The notes: generated by a model not told the origin, from the sequence alone. Counted from the stretch's first letter, positions 29,528 through 39,284 are shown. The stretch: 64,000 bases of DNA from Promethearchaeota archaeon (GCA_019058445.1 JAHPZA010000009.1:658355-722354), one strand, 5' to 3'. Program-made: numbers and translations.

Positions 29528-30553
29528 TTATTTTTTCTGTGGTTCTACAATGATCTTAATCCATTTTTCTCTATCATAATATCTGAACGCATCTACAGCT
29601 TCTTCTAATGTAATTCTTTTAGTAATTAGACTTTCTAAATCTAATTTTTTGCTAGCAATCATATCAAGTGCATCGTCCCAGTAATCTTTATCCGCCTTTG
29701 AATTTACCATTGCCTCAGGATATACTAATTCCACACCTTTTTTTCGGCAATTTACATAAGGTATATATTGCATCTTTTGAGCTCCGAATACAATAACTCG
29801 ATAACCTGATTTAATTATATTAATGGCATCAAGAAGCGTGTCATTATGACCAACCATTTCAAAAACAGCATGCGCTTCACCAAAATTCTTTTTAATCTCA
29901 TCTGCCACTGAGTAATTTCCATGAGTTGCTCTAGAAAATTCATCTGGATTAAACACTTTTGCGCCCCATTTTTTAGCAATATCTCTTTTATGATGGTAAG
30001 GCTCGCTTGCAGCAACCTCAATGTTATTGTTTAATAATATTTTTGTAAGTATTAGTCCTATTGGTCCAAGCCCAATAACTATAGCCTTCTTCTCACCTTC
30101 AATTTTATCAAGTTCAGCTCTCTCATAGCAATTTATTGCACACCCAACAGCATCAGCAAATGAAATCTCGTCCATAGTAAGATCATTTCTTACAATCGGA
30201 ACTCCTCCAGTTAATTCATCTTTCCCATGTCCAACTACATTAACATGAGTAGAATATTCTGCATAACCTTGCCCCATTCTTGCTAAATGATCCCCAACAT
30301 TTATTTTACCCTCTAAATTTTTCCCAACTTCTACGGTAATTGCTCCAGTTTCATGCCCATGTCCTCCCGGCTCATGAGCAATAATCCAATGATCTCCTTC
30401 AAATATCCCTACATCGCTTCCACAAATACCAACAGATATCATTTCGGCCAAAATTTGGTTAGGTTCGGGTTTAGGGATATCGAGCTCTATAAGCTTAACT
30501 ACCCAAGGTTCTGGAAATAACAAGGCTTTCATTTTTCCTTCCATATAACTCAA
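29528..30553 (-). CDS. Zn-dependent medium-chain dehydrogenase/reductase (sugar or polyol dehydrogenase-like)
   Basis: GICGSDVGIFEGDH and GHGHETGA (catalytic Zn ligands). Rossmann VIGLGPIGL. Confidence 0.85.
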   Translation of the reverse strand: MSYMEGKMKALLFPEPWVVKLIELDIPKPEPNQILAEMISVGICGSDVGIFEGDHWIIAHEPGGHGHETGAITVEVGKNLEGKINVGDHLARMGQGYAEYSTHVNVVGHGKDELTGGVPIVRNDLTMDEISFADAVGCAINCYERAELDKIEGEKKAIVIGLGPIGLILTKILLNNNIEVAASEPYHHKRDIAKKWGAKVFNPDEFSRATHGNYSVADEIKKNFGEAHAVFEMVGHNDTLLDAINIIKSGYRVIVFGAQKMQYIPYVNCRKKGVELVYPEAMVNSKADKDYWDDALDMIASKKLDLESLITKRITLEEAVDAFRYYDREKWIKIIVEPQKK

Positions 30554-30589
30554 CTTAAAATTTTTTAGTATTATTTTTAAAGATTTTTA

Positions 30590-33397
30590 TTATCTTCCTC
30601 TAATACCGTCAATTAACATCATTATTAAATCGCCAATACTCAAGGGGAGTCCCCCTCCGTGTTCTTCTTCTTGCGCATTAGGATCAAAGTTTTCGTTTAC
30701 TTTTCTTACCCATTCTAAATAAGATAAGTTCATTAAATCATCAATTTCGTATTCTCTTTTAATAGATTCTGCTATTTCTCCATAATGAGAGAGATTATTT
30801 ACTAAATTCATTTTATCTTTTTTTCCAATAATAACTAATGGTGGTAATGAAAAATGATCTGCAAGAGACTGTACAGATTCAGGAGGTTTATCTCCTTTAT
30901 AGGGTGCGATGATTAAATCAAAATTCAAAGTTTTTCCATTATAAGTTGGTGCTGTTGGTTGGTCTTGATGAGTTAAGAATTTTTCTGCTATTTTATAGGC
31001 ACGACCTGAGCCTGTTGTCCAATAATGTAATATTTTTCCATAATAATTTCCAAAGGGATTAATTCGAACTTGTTGACCCTTTTTATATCCATCTCCAAAC
31101 CCTTTATCTTTAATCTTTAAAGGACTAAAAGCAAAGTTAGATGCTTTTAACGAATTGAATCCTACTAATATACCATTTTTTCTGTCTGAAACAGCCATCC
31201 ATCCATCAGAGATATTACTTACAAGGTTATCTATATTTTTATTCCGAGAATCGACTTCCCGTATATCAAGATCGAAATAAGATACTCTACCTAAAAAATT
31301 TCTTTTCCATATTCTTAATGGTTCATTATTGCCGATAAGATTAGGTTTAATTTCACATGGGATAACTTCTTGCCATCTATTATCATATTTCTCAGCAACA
31401 TAAGCATGACCATCTTCAATAGTACTTTCACCTATGATGTCGCACAACTTCATTTTAACATCCACGAACATCGCTGGAACCCCTGAATATAGGATAAGTA
31501 TTTTTTCTGATTGGACGTCATATCCCCTTAAAATTTCAAATTTACTATAAATTTTAATTGATGCTGAAAATCCATCACTTCCATCTCTCAAAATCTCAAT
31601 CCTATTACGGTTTGAATGATATCTCTTTCCATTTTTTGATTCTCCGAAGGTCACAGCAGATTCTAAAAAATTTGGGCATGCTAAATCTACTCCATTAAAA
31701 TTAAATGAGGTTATTAGACCATTATCATTCAAAATTAATTCTATTATTTCATTTTGCAGAGATCGAATTGTTGCTTTGATTTTTCCGTTATTCTTTAGAT
31801 TGTTAGCTGAATTATTTAATGATAATTTAGAAAGATAGATCTTTTCTGATTCGAATACTTCTTTTGGAACTATAGCTTCAAGAAAAAGCCCATGGTTCGA
31901 ATTGTCATCATATAATCCGTATTTAAAATTTCTTAAATTCAAACCTTTATCATTATTTAATAATTCATTTGATAGTTCCTGAGGGAGTTTTGTTTTTATA
32001 AGAACTGATGAATTAATCTGACTTTTTTCTTGTTCTGTGATGCCCCTGTTTAGTATAGGGCAAATTATCATATTATAATCATTATTTTCAATCCTATTGG
32101 AAATATATTTAAAAGATTCATCGATTGCTAAATTCACAGCATTTTCAGCAGCATTATGAGCTTTTAAAGCGTAAGCCATTCCGGTTTTGATTCTAGTTGG
32201 ATGCATAAAGGGTACAGATAAACCAAAATTTGTAGTAGAAGCGAGTAATATTTTATTTTTAATATATGATTCCGAAGAATCCTTTTCATTGCGAATTAGA
32301 TTATTAATGTTAGCTTTTTTATTTTCTACCATATTTTGAGAAATTAAAGTATCTGAAATGCACTTTTGCCACCTTGCTCTTTGTCCGATTGTCCATAATT
32401 TAGTATTATCATATTTCTGAGCCCAATTGTAAAATCCATTATTAAGCCCATCAGCAGCATCAGGATACAATGTTGTCTCGCCATGAATTTTGAGTTTGGG
32501 GATAACATCTAATAAGTTTGCGAATTCTACGTAATCTAGTAAATCAACCGCTTCAGCAAATTCAATTAAACCTCTTGTTTTAGGCATCCATTGTAAAAAC
32601 TTAGGTAGTTTTTGTGGTAACCACAAATCAACATCCATATCAAAATTGAAGAATAATAGGGCATGTCCTGTGATTTCACCTTTTTCTTGCATTTTTCTTA
32701 TCAATTTAAACCATCTTTTTATCGAAAAATAGTCCACTACATCTCCAAAAGCATACATTGGAATCATTATCATCGAGGCATCGGAAATTGATGAATTGAA
32801 TTTTACTAAACCATATCTCTGATTAGTATTTAACCGCGGATTTAAAAAGGGTCTTCCGACGTCAAAAGGATACACACAATAATAAATGCAAATTCCCTCT
32901 ACACCAATTTTATTATAAAGTTCAATCATTCCTTGAGTAAACATCGTTTCTTGAGTACGGGCGTAAGGTGCAATCCTTCCTGGAAATAACTGTTTCAAAC
33001 CAATTCCCATTTCATTCTCTAAAAACCATTCATGATCGCGAACAAATTCTTCACTATCAAGCATTGGTTTCGCAACATTGCCCCAAGATCCAATTAAAAC
33101 TTCATCTTTTCCTTTTTTACATCGCTCAATTACTCGTTCCAATACATCTTGCTGGTACTCTTGTTGAAGTTGTATAGACCAAAAAGTATCACCGTAATCC
33201 CAAGTAATTTTCATATCTTTAAAAGAAAATCCCTTTTCTTCAATTTCATCTAATTTATCAAGAATAGCTCTCATAGTCGTAAGATCAGTTCCGAAGCCAT
33301 CCCTCCCTCTTGAATCTCCCCGATAAGAATGATAATAATTAATATGGGGAGAGATCACAAAAAATATCTTTTTTTCTTTTAAATCCAATTTATTCAT
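30590..33397 (-). CDS. Large divergent GH57-like glycoside hydrolase / glucanotransferase-like protein
   Basis: By-eye collinearity of the N-terminal ~260 aa with GH57 regions: KIFFVISPHINYYH vs INFIFGIHNHQP; KKGKDEVLIGSWGNVAKPML vs KRGQLEIVVAGFYEPVL; ARTQETMF vs WLTERVW (nucleophile Glu); LLFFNFDMDVDLW vs VAVFHDDGEKFGVW. I do not recognise the ~650-aa C-terminal part. Confidence 0.4.
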   Translation of the reverse strand: MNKLDLKEKKIFFVISPHINYYHSYRGDSRGRDGFGTDLTTMRAILDKLDEIEEKGFSFKDMKITWDYGDTFWSIQLQQEYQQDVLERVIERCKKGKDEVLIGSWGNVAKPMLDSEEFVRDHEWFLENEMGIGLKQLFPGRIAPYARTQETMFTQGMIELYNKIGVEGICIYYCVYPFDVGRPFLNPRLNTNQRYGLVKFNSSISDASMIMIPMYAFGDVVDYFSIKRWFKLIRKMQEKGEITGHALLFFNFDMDVDLWLPQKLPKFLQWMPKTRGLIEFAEAVDLLDYVEFANLLDVIPKLKIHGETTLYPDAADGLNNGFYNWAQKYDNTKLWTIGQRARWQKCISDTLISQNMVENKKANINNLIRNEKDSSESYIKNKILLASTTNFGLSVPFMHPTRIKTGMAYALKAHNAAENAVNLAIDESFKYISNRIENNDYNMIICPILNRGITEQEKSQINSSVLIKTKLPQELSNELLNNDKGLNLRNFKYGLYDDNSNHGLFLEAIVPKEVFESEKIYLSKLSLNNSANNLKNNGKIKATIRSLQNEIIELILNDNGLITSFNFNGVDLACPNFLESAVTFGESKNGKRYHSNRNRIEILRDGSDGFSASIKIYSKFEILRGYDVQSEKILILYSGVPAMFVDVKMKLCDIIGESTIEDGHAYVAEKYDNRWQEVIPCEIKPNLIGNNEPLRIWKRNFLGRVSYFDLDIREVDSRNKNIDNLVSNISDGWMAVSDRKNGILVGFNSLKASNFAFSPLKIKDKGFGDGYKKGQQVRINPFGNYYGKILHYWTTGSGRAYKIAEKFLTHQDQPTAPTYNGKTLNFDLIIAPYKGDKPPESVQSLADHFSLPPLVIIGKKDKMNLVNNLSHYGEIAESIKREYEIDDLMNLSYLEWVRKVNENFDPNAQEEEHGGGLPLSIGDLIMMLIDGIRGR

Positions 33398-33598
33398 TCC
33401 CTAATTATTCATTTGTATGTTATTATAAATGCTATTAAAATTAAAAACATTGATAAAAAAGGATTTGTGAGAGATGATTACCTTTCTTGTGCTATAGAGA
33501 TGCACTATTTCTCTATATAGATTAACCTTTAATTTTTAATTATAATTAAGTCTTATTTGATAAGAGAATTTTATTAATTTTATTAGTTTTATTAAATT

Positions 33599-34360
33599 AT
33601 GACAAACTCGAATAACTATGTACTAATTACAGGTGCGAGTAGTGGTATCGGAAGAGCGACCGTAGAATTTTTAGCTTCAAAGGAATTTTATGTGTATGCT
33701 GGTGCCCGAAAACAAGAAGATATCAGAGAATTAAATAAGCTAGGAAATGTGACTGCTCTTGAAATCGATGTTACAAAGCAAGATACAATTGAAAATGCAG
33801 TTAAATATATTAAAAACCAAAAAACAGGTTTAAATGCTCTCATCAATAATGCTGGTATTGCTCGTGCAGGTCCTTTGATGGAATTGCCAGTAAAAGAGTT
33901 ATACGAGCAGTTTGATGTTAATCTATTTGGAATACATCGAATAACTAGAATGGTGTTTCCCTTGTTATTAGAATCAAAAGGAAAAATAGTTATGATGAGC
34001 AGTGATTCTGGATTCTTTGCATCTCCCTTTTTTGGACCTTATTGCTCCAGTAAATTTGCTTTAGAGGGATACTCTGATTCACTTAGAAGAGAGTTGATTA
34101 TTTTGGGCGTTAAAATTGTGATAATTGAACCTGGAAGGGTAAATACATCGATATGGGAAAAGGGCGAAGTTTTACTTAATTCCCTTTTAGCAAGACTAAA
34201 GGGGTCCATTTTTGAAAAGATTGCAAAGGAAGTTGGAGAATATGCTATTAAAAAAGGTAAAACTGAAAGCTTGGATCCTATAGAAATTGCTAAGCTAATA
34301 TATAAAATACTAAATCTTAAAGAGCCAAAAACGAGATATTTAACAGCACCGGATAAATAA
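33599..34360 (+). CDS. Classical short-chain dehydrogenase/reductase; its C-terminus appears interrupted by an in-frame TAA
   Basis: TGASSGIGRA, NNAG, and catalytic S...YCSSK. See the finding on the stop at 34358-34360. Confidence 0.9.
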   Translation: MTNSNNYVLITGASSGIGRATVEFLASKEFYVYAGARKQEDIRELNKLGNVTALEIDVTKQDTIENAVKYIKNQKTGLNALINNAGIARAGPLMELPVKELYEQFDVNLFGIHRITRMVFPLLLESKGKIVMMSSDSGFFASPFFGPYCSSKFALEGYSDSLRRELIILGVKIVIIEPGRVNTSIWEKGEVLLNSLLARLKGSIFEKIAKEVGEYAIKKGKTESLDPIEIAKLIYKILNLKEPKTRYLTAPDK

Positions 34361-34625
34361 AGGTATAAACTTATAAAAATATTACCGGATAAAACAATTG
34401 ATAAAAGGCTTGAAAAAGAATTTAAAAAAATAAAATAATTTTATTTGAAGATACTAACAAGATATTGAAAGGGTTCTTATTTTTGTTATTTCATTAAGTT
34501 TAAGATTTCGAAATTACCAATCCAATTTAAAATGGTTTAAATATTATAATAAAATATTACACTTTATCATGGCTAACAAGAGATGATTATTTTCTATCAT
34601 TTCTTAATAAAGGAAGGTAAAAAAT

Positions 34626-35678
34626 ATGCCAAATAGGATAAAATTAGCAATAGTGGGAATAGGTAATGCTGCTTCGGCTCTGATTCAAGGCATTGAGTAT
34701 TATAAAGATCGTTCCTTTAATAAGGGTTTGTTATATCCTACATTTGCAGGATATCATATAACTGATATTGAGATCTCTGCTGCATTCGATATTTCTGCTA
34801 ATAAAGTTGGAATGGCTCTTAATGAAGCATTAAAATCCAATGAATTACAAATTATTGTAGACTTAAGTAATCAAGATAAAATTGTCTCAATGGGGGTAGT
34901 TAAAGATGGAATAATTAAAGAGACAATTGGAAAGATTAACCCTTCAAATGCTCCATCTATTAATATAGCAGATAAATTAAGGGATTCGGCTACTGAGATT
35001 GTTCTTTGCCTATTACCATCTGGTGCAGATGAAGCAGTGGAATTCTATGCAAAACAAGCGTTAGATGCCGGTTGTGCTTTTATTAATGCTACTCCAACTT
35101 CAATTGCGACAAACAAAACTTTTGCTAAAAAATATCAAGATGCTGGGCTCCCTCTAATTGGAGACGATCTTCAAGATCAATTTGGAGCAACAATTGTTCA
35201 CAAGCTTCTTTTACAACAGATGATAGATCAAGGAGTTGAAATTAAAGAGAGTTATGCCTTAGATGTTGGGGGAGGATTAGAGTCCTTGAATACAATCTAT
35301 CGAACGCGTCATGTAAAACGGGAAATTAAAAGTAAATCTGTAGCTGCTGCCCTCAAAATAAATGCTCCTATTGTAGCAGGAACTTCTGATTATGTTCCCC
35401 ATTTAGGAAATAGTAGGAATTCCATGTTATGGTTAGTAGGACAAGGTTTTTTAGGGTCAGAAATAATAATGGATATTAAAATCCAGACGCAAGACGGGCC
35501 TAACGGAGGCGCAATTTTGATTGACGTAATTAGAGCCACCAAAATCGCCTTACAACAAGGAGCATCGGGGTCGATAAATGAGATATCAAGTTATGGATTC
35601 AAAAATCCCCCCAGACTGATAAGTAACCCAAAAAAAGCGGGAGAGGACTTAGCAAAATTCATTATGGGGATGATGTAA
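34626..35678 (+). CDS. myo-Inositol-3-phosphate synthase family, paralogue 1 (shortest and most divergent)
   Basis: IKLAIVGIGNAASALIQGIEYYK, LPLIGDDLQDQFGATIVHKLL, DVGGGLESLNT, IKSKSVAAAL and QDGPNGGAILIDVIR are collinear with mycobacterial Ino1 (VGVGNCASSLVQGVEYY, GDDIKSQVGATITHRVLAKLF, NVGGNMDFLNM, SKTQAVTS, DSPNSAGVIIDAVR). Confidence 0.75.
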   Translation: MPNRIKLAIVGIGNAASALIQGIEYYKDRSFNKGLLYPTFAGYHITDIEISAAFDISANKVGMALNEALKSNELQIIVDLSNQDKIVSMGVVKDGIIKETIGKINPSNAPSINIADKLRDSATEIVLCLLPSGADEAVEFYAKQALDAGCAFINATPTSIATNKTFAKKYQDAGLPLIGDDLQDQFGATIVHKLLLQQMIDQGVEIKESYALDVGGGLESLNTIYRTRHVKREIKSKSVAAALKINAPIVAGTSDYVPHLGNSRNSMLWLVGQGFLGSEIIMDIKIQTQDGPNGGAILIDVIRATKIALQQGASGSINEISSYGFKNPPRLISNPKKAGEDLAKFIMGMM

Positions 35679-35683
35679 TAAAG

Positions 35684-36844
35684 ATGAGCAAAACGGATAA
35701 TAGAGAAATACGGGTCGCTATCGCAGGATTAGGTAACGTGGCGGCAGCAATAGTAATGGGTATTGAATACTATAAGAATGTAAAGCAAGAAGAAAAATAT
35801 CAAGCAGGATTGATTAATGCTTCTGTAGGAGGATATTTACCCTCGGATATTAAGATCGTAGCAGCATTCGATATAGCAACAACTAAAATTGGAAAAGATA
35901 TTTCGGAAGCTATTTATGCTGAGCCTAATATGTGCCATCCGATTATACTTCCGGAAAATATGCCAAAATCAAATGCATTATGTTACCCAGGTCCTATTTC
36001 GGATGGGTGTTATCAAACTAAAGACTCAAAGGGAAAAATAATTTTTGACACCTATAACTATTTTAAAGCTTATAATGAAAAAGATGTGAAACCAAGTAAT
36101 ATAACTCAAGTATTACTAGACAATAAAGCACAAATTTTAGTTAATCTACTTCCAGTTGGAAGTTATCAGGCTTCACGAATTTATGCTCAAGCAGCTTTGG
36201 ATGCAAATTGTGCATTAATTAATGGAATTCCTGAATTTATTGTCTCAGAGCAAGTCGAAGGCGATAGAGACTGGGTTGCTGAATTCATAAAAAAAGGTCT
36301 CCCCTGTGCGGGAGATGATATTAAATCTCAAGTTGGAGCAACAATCATACATAGAACACTTGCGAAATTATTCTTAGATCGAGGAGTTATTGTTAATGAT
36401 ACTTATCAATTGAATATAGGGGGAAATGGCGATTTCTATAATATGAAATCAGAAGAACGCCTAACCACAAAACGTAAATCAAAAACATCAGCGGTTACAA
36501 GTGTTCTTCCGTATGGAGATAAAGTTGGTTGTAGAATCGGTCCAAGTGATTATGTGCCATTTTTAGGAGATAAAAAAATCTGTTATATTAGAATTAATGG
36601 AACTACATTTGGAGGGTTACCACTTGTTTGTGATATGAAATTACGTGTTGAAGATTCTCCAAATTCAGCGGGATTAATAATTGATCTTATTCGTCAAACA
36701 AGGTTAGCCATAGATAGGGGGATTGTCGGACGTTTGGACAGTATTAGCTCGTTTAGTTTCAAACATCCACATATTCAACCTTCTTCAGATTTTGAAGCAA
36801 AAAAGTGGGTACAAGAATATATTGAGGGTAAAAGAGAGAGATAA
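35684..36844 (+). CDS. ino1: myo-Inositol-3-phosphate synthase, paralogue 2
   Basis: IRVAIAGLGNVAAAIVMGIEYYK, GDDIKSQVGATIIHRTLAKLFLDRGV, QLNIGGNGDFYNM, KSKTSAVTSVL, EDSPNSAGLIIDLIR, FKHP. Starts 5 nt after paralogue 1. Confidence 0.9.
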   Translation: MSKTDNREIRVAIAGLGNVAAAIVMGIEYYKNVKQEEKYQAGLINASVGGYLPSDIKIVAAFDIATTKIGKDISEAIYAEPNMCHPIILPENMPKSNALCYPGPISDGCYQTKDSKGKIIFDTYNYFKAYNEKDVKPSNITQVLLDNKAQILVNLLPVGSYQASRIYAQAALDANCALINGIPEFIVSEQVEGDRDWVAEFIKKGLPCAGDDIKSQVGATIIHRTLAKLFLDRGVIVNDTYQLNIGGNGDFYNMKSEERLTTKRKSKTSAVTSVLPYGDKVGCRIGPSDYVPFLGDKKICYIRINGTTFGGLPLVCDMKLRVEDSPNSAGLIIDLIRQTRLAIDRGIVGRLDSISSFSFKHPHIQPSSDFEAKKWVQEYIEGKRER

Positions 36845-37009
36845 AAAAAAATTTTTATATCCTATTGATATTTCATAATTTTTTATGAGAGTTCAAATCA
36901 CCAAAAAATGAAGTAAGATCTTTATCGGATTCTATATATTATATAGATTAAAAGCAAGAGCATTTTTTTAAAATGATTTAAATAGGATTATATAATTATA
37001 CCTATTATC

Positions 37010-38101
37010 ATGGCTAATACAATTAATGTTGCCTTAATTGGACTAGGAGATGTAGCCTCTGCATTGGTACAAGGTGTTTCCAATTATAAAAAAAATCCGG
37101 ATAAGATAATTGGTTTACTACCAGAAATTACCCAATATAGTGTTAATGATATTAATTTTGTTGTTGGTTTTGAAGTGAATTCAAATAAAATAGGAAAAGA
37201 TATGAGCGAAGCTATTTTTGCTGAACCTAATTGTAATATGAAATTATACCCTCCTGAGTTCCTAAATGCCCCAATTTTAAGAGGCCCGATCTTAGATGGA
37301 TTAGACAGTAATATTAAGGATATTGTCCCGGTCTCGAATGGAGAAGAAGCTGTTAGCGTATCTAAAGAGATGAAAGATCGATTAGTCGATGTCGCAGTAA
37401 TTCTACTTCCAACAGGAGCACATAAGGCAGTTAAGTTTTATGCCATGGCTGCTCTAGAAGCTGGAGCATGTGTTATTTGTGGTATGCCCTCCCATGTTGC
37501 AAAAAATCCAGAGATTGTTAAAAAAGCCGAAGAATTAAAATTACCATTAATAGGAGATGATGTAAAGTCCCAAATAGGTGCTACTATAATTCATAGATCT
37601 TTAGCAAATCTTTTTCCAATGAGAGGAGCTATATTGGACCGCACAATCCAGCTCGATTGGGGAGGCTGTTCCGATTTTCTAAATCTCTTAACCCCTCAAG
37701 CAGATGGAAAGTTAGTGTATGAAGAAGGGAAGCGTCAATCCAAAACAGAGTCTGTGGTGGCTAAGCTTCAAAATAAAGATACTGTAGAATGCCAAATTTC
37801 GGCAGTAGATTATATTCCTTTCTTAAAAAACCAAAAGGAAGCATATATGAGACTTGAGGGTCGTATTTTTGGAGGTGCTCCTGTTAGAGTGGATATTACA
37901 ATGTTTGTACAAGACGGTAATAATTCTGCTGGCATTATCGCGGACTGCATTCGCATATCTAAGATCGCAAGAGATAGAAAAATAGGCGGAATTCTGTCTT
38001 CAGCATGTTCATTTTTTATGAAACATCCTCCAGAACAATTAGAAGATTATATAGCCAAAAAACATTTGGTAGAATTTATAGAAGGTAATAGAGAAAGATA
38101 A
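37010..38101 (+). CDS. ino1: myo-Inositol-3-phosphate synthase, paralogue 3
   Basis: INVALIGLGDVASALVQGVSNYK, GDDVKSQIGATIIHRSLANLF, QLDWGGCSDFLNL, QSKTESVVAKL, QDGNNSAGIIADCIR, FMKHPPEQL (compare Mtb Ino1 YLMKSPPEQL). Confidence 0.9.
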   Translation: MANTINVALIGLGDVASALVQGVSNYKKNPDKIIGLLPEITQYSVNDINFVVGFEVNSNKIGKDMSEAIFAEPNCNMKLYPPEFLNAPILRGPILDGLDSNIKDIVPVSNGEEAVSVSKEMKDRLVDVAVILLPTGAHKAVKFYAMAALEAGACVICGMPSHVAKNPEIVKKAEELKLPLIGDDVKSQIGATIIHRSLANLFPMRGAILDRTIQLDWGGCSDFLNLLTPQADGKLVYEEGKRQSKTESVVAKLQNKDTVECQISAVDYIPFLKNQKEAYMRLEGRIFGGAPVRVDITMFVQDGNNSAGIIADCIRISKIARDRKIGGILSSACSFFMKHPPEQLEDYIAKKHLVEFIEGNRER

Positions 38102-38144
38102 AATGGGAATTTAAAGAAACTAAATGACAAATTAGCTATATTAT

Positions 38145-39113
38145 TTATGTCATGTACGTTCTTGTCTTTAATCTCATAGGGATTCTTTCATCTATCTTTT
38201 GTCTTGCTATCAAAAATTCATAAATATAGTCAGAGATAAGACTTATCGCTTCAGGAATATTTCTAAAACTGGGGAAGTCATTAATATCTATAATATAAGG
38301 AACACCTTCCTCACTAAAGATGTAATCAATTCCAAAAACAGACATACCAAACTTCTTACTTAATCTCAACACTTTTCTTTTCAATTCTTTATCTATAGGT
38401 ACTCTTATATGTACCATTTCATATGGTGTGAGGGGTCTCTGCTTTATTCTGTTATGGGCAGTTATAGATACCACCCATCGGTCTATTACATATACTTTAT
38501 ATACGATATCTATTTTGCCCAAATAATCTTGGAAGAATAACTCATTTTCATCATAATTTTTAACCAATTCAATGAAATCATTTATATTTCTTGCAATACC
38601 AATAACTCGATCTTCTTTAGGTATATCAGGTGCGTTGTGAATATCATGTTTAATAATTATTTTTACTCCATTACTGCAGGCTAAATAAGCGTCTTTGAGA
38701 GAAAAATATGATTTTGGAATAGGTATTTTTTTATATTTTTCCTCTATACGCTTAAAAGTTGCTTTTCTGCTCTCACAGGTCTGAACTGCTTTTAGGCTAT
38801 TGAGAAGAGGTATTTTTGGGGCATAGATTTTAATAGTATCATATATAATCTGATTTTCCTTTTCAGAAAGTAATTTAACAATGATTAATGAAATTGGATA
38901 CTTTTTTATTTTTTTTCGAAAATATTTAATATCAAAAATTCCTTTTTTATTGCCCTTATGAGGTATGAGATTTACAATTTTGATATTATAGTTAACTTTT
39001 GCAAATTTGATGATCTTCTCAAAAATTTCAAGATCCCTATTGCAAATGGCTCCAATATAGATTTTTTTTATAGACATAAAAAAAAATAAGGGAGTTTGAT
39101 ACCTTAAAAACAA
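38145..39113 (-). CDS. ATP-grasp kinase, ITPK1-like
   Basis: YKVYVIDRWVVSITAHNR and SVFGIDYIFSEEGVPYIIDINDFPSFRNIPE (D-x-N-x-F-P signature). The track start is TTG at 39113; ATG at 39077 (MSIKKIYIG) is more likely. Confidence 0.65.
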   Translation of the reverse strand: MFLRYQTPLFFFMSIKKIYIGAICNRDLEIFEKIIKFAKVNYNIKIVNLIPHKGNKKGIFDIKYFRKKIKKYPISLIIVKLLSEKENQIIYDTIKIYAPKIPLLNSLKAVQTCESRKATFKRIEEKYKKIPIPKSYFSLKDAYLACSNGVKIIIKHDIHNAPDIPKEDRVIGIARNINDFIELVKNYDENELFFQDYLGKIDIVYKVYVIDRWVVSITAHNRIKQRPLTPYEMVHIRVPIDKELKRKVLRLSKKFGMSVFGIDYIFSEEGVPYIIDINDFPSFRNIPEAISLISDYIYEFLIARQKIDERIPMRLKTRTYMT

Positions 39114-39284
39114 ACTATCCTATATAAATATATTTATTATTTTTATTGTAATTCGATTCCAAACTAACAGATTTTTGGTTAAGAATTAGATAGAATTATG
39201 AAAAGTTCTTTTAAAATTATGGAAGATAAGCGAACATTGACTATCCTTGAATTTAAATGAAATAAAATATTATTTAAACAGTCC

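Noticed and set aside
26171-33177. Short ORFs antisense to, or overlapping in another frame, the transporter, aldolase, dehydrogenase and GH57-like genes (26171-26443, 27967-28155, 28792-28995, 29216-29521, 29815-30021, 32968-33177)
   Set aside because: Each lies within a longer CDS that has recognisable family motifs. None has a motif or a plausible independent start context.
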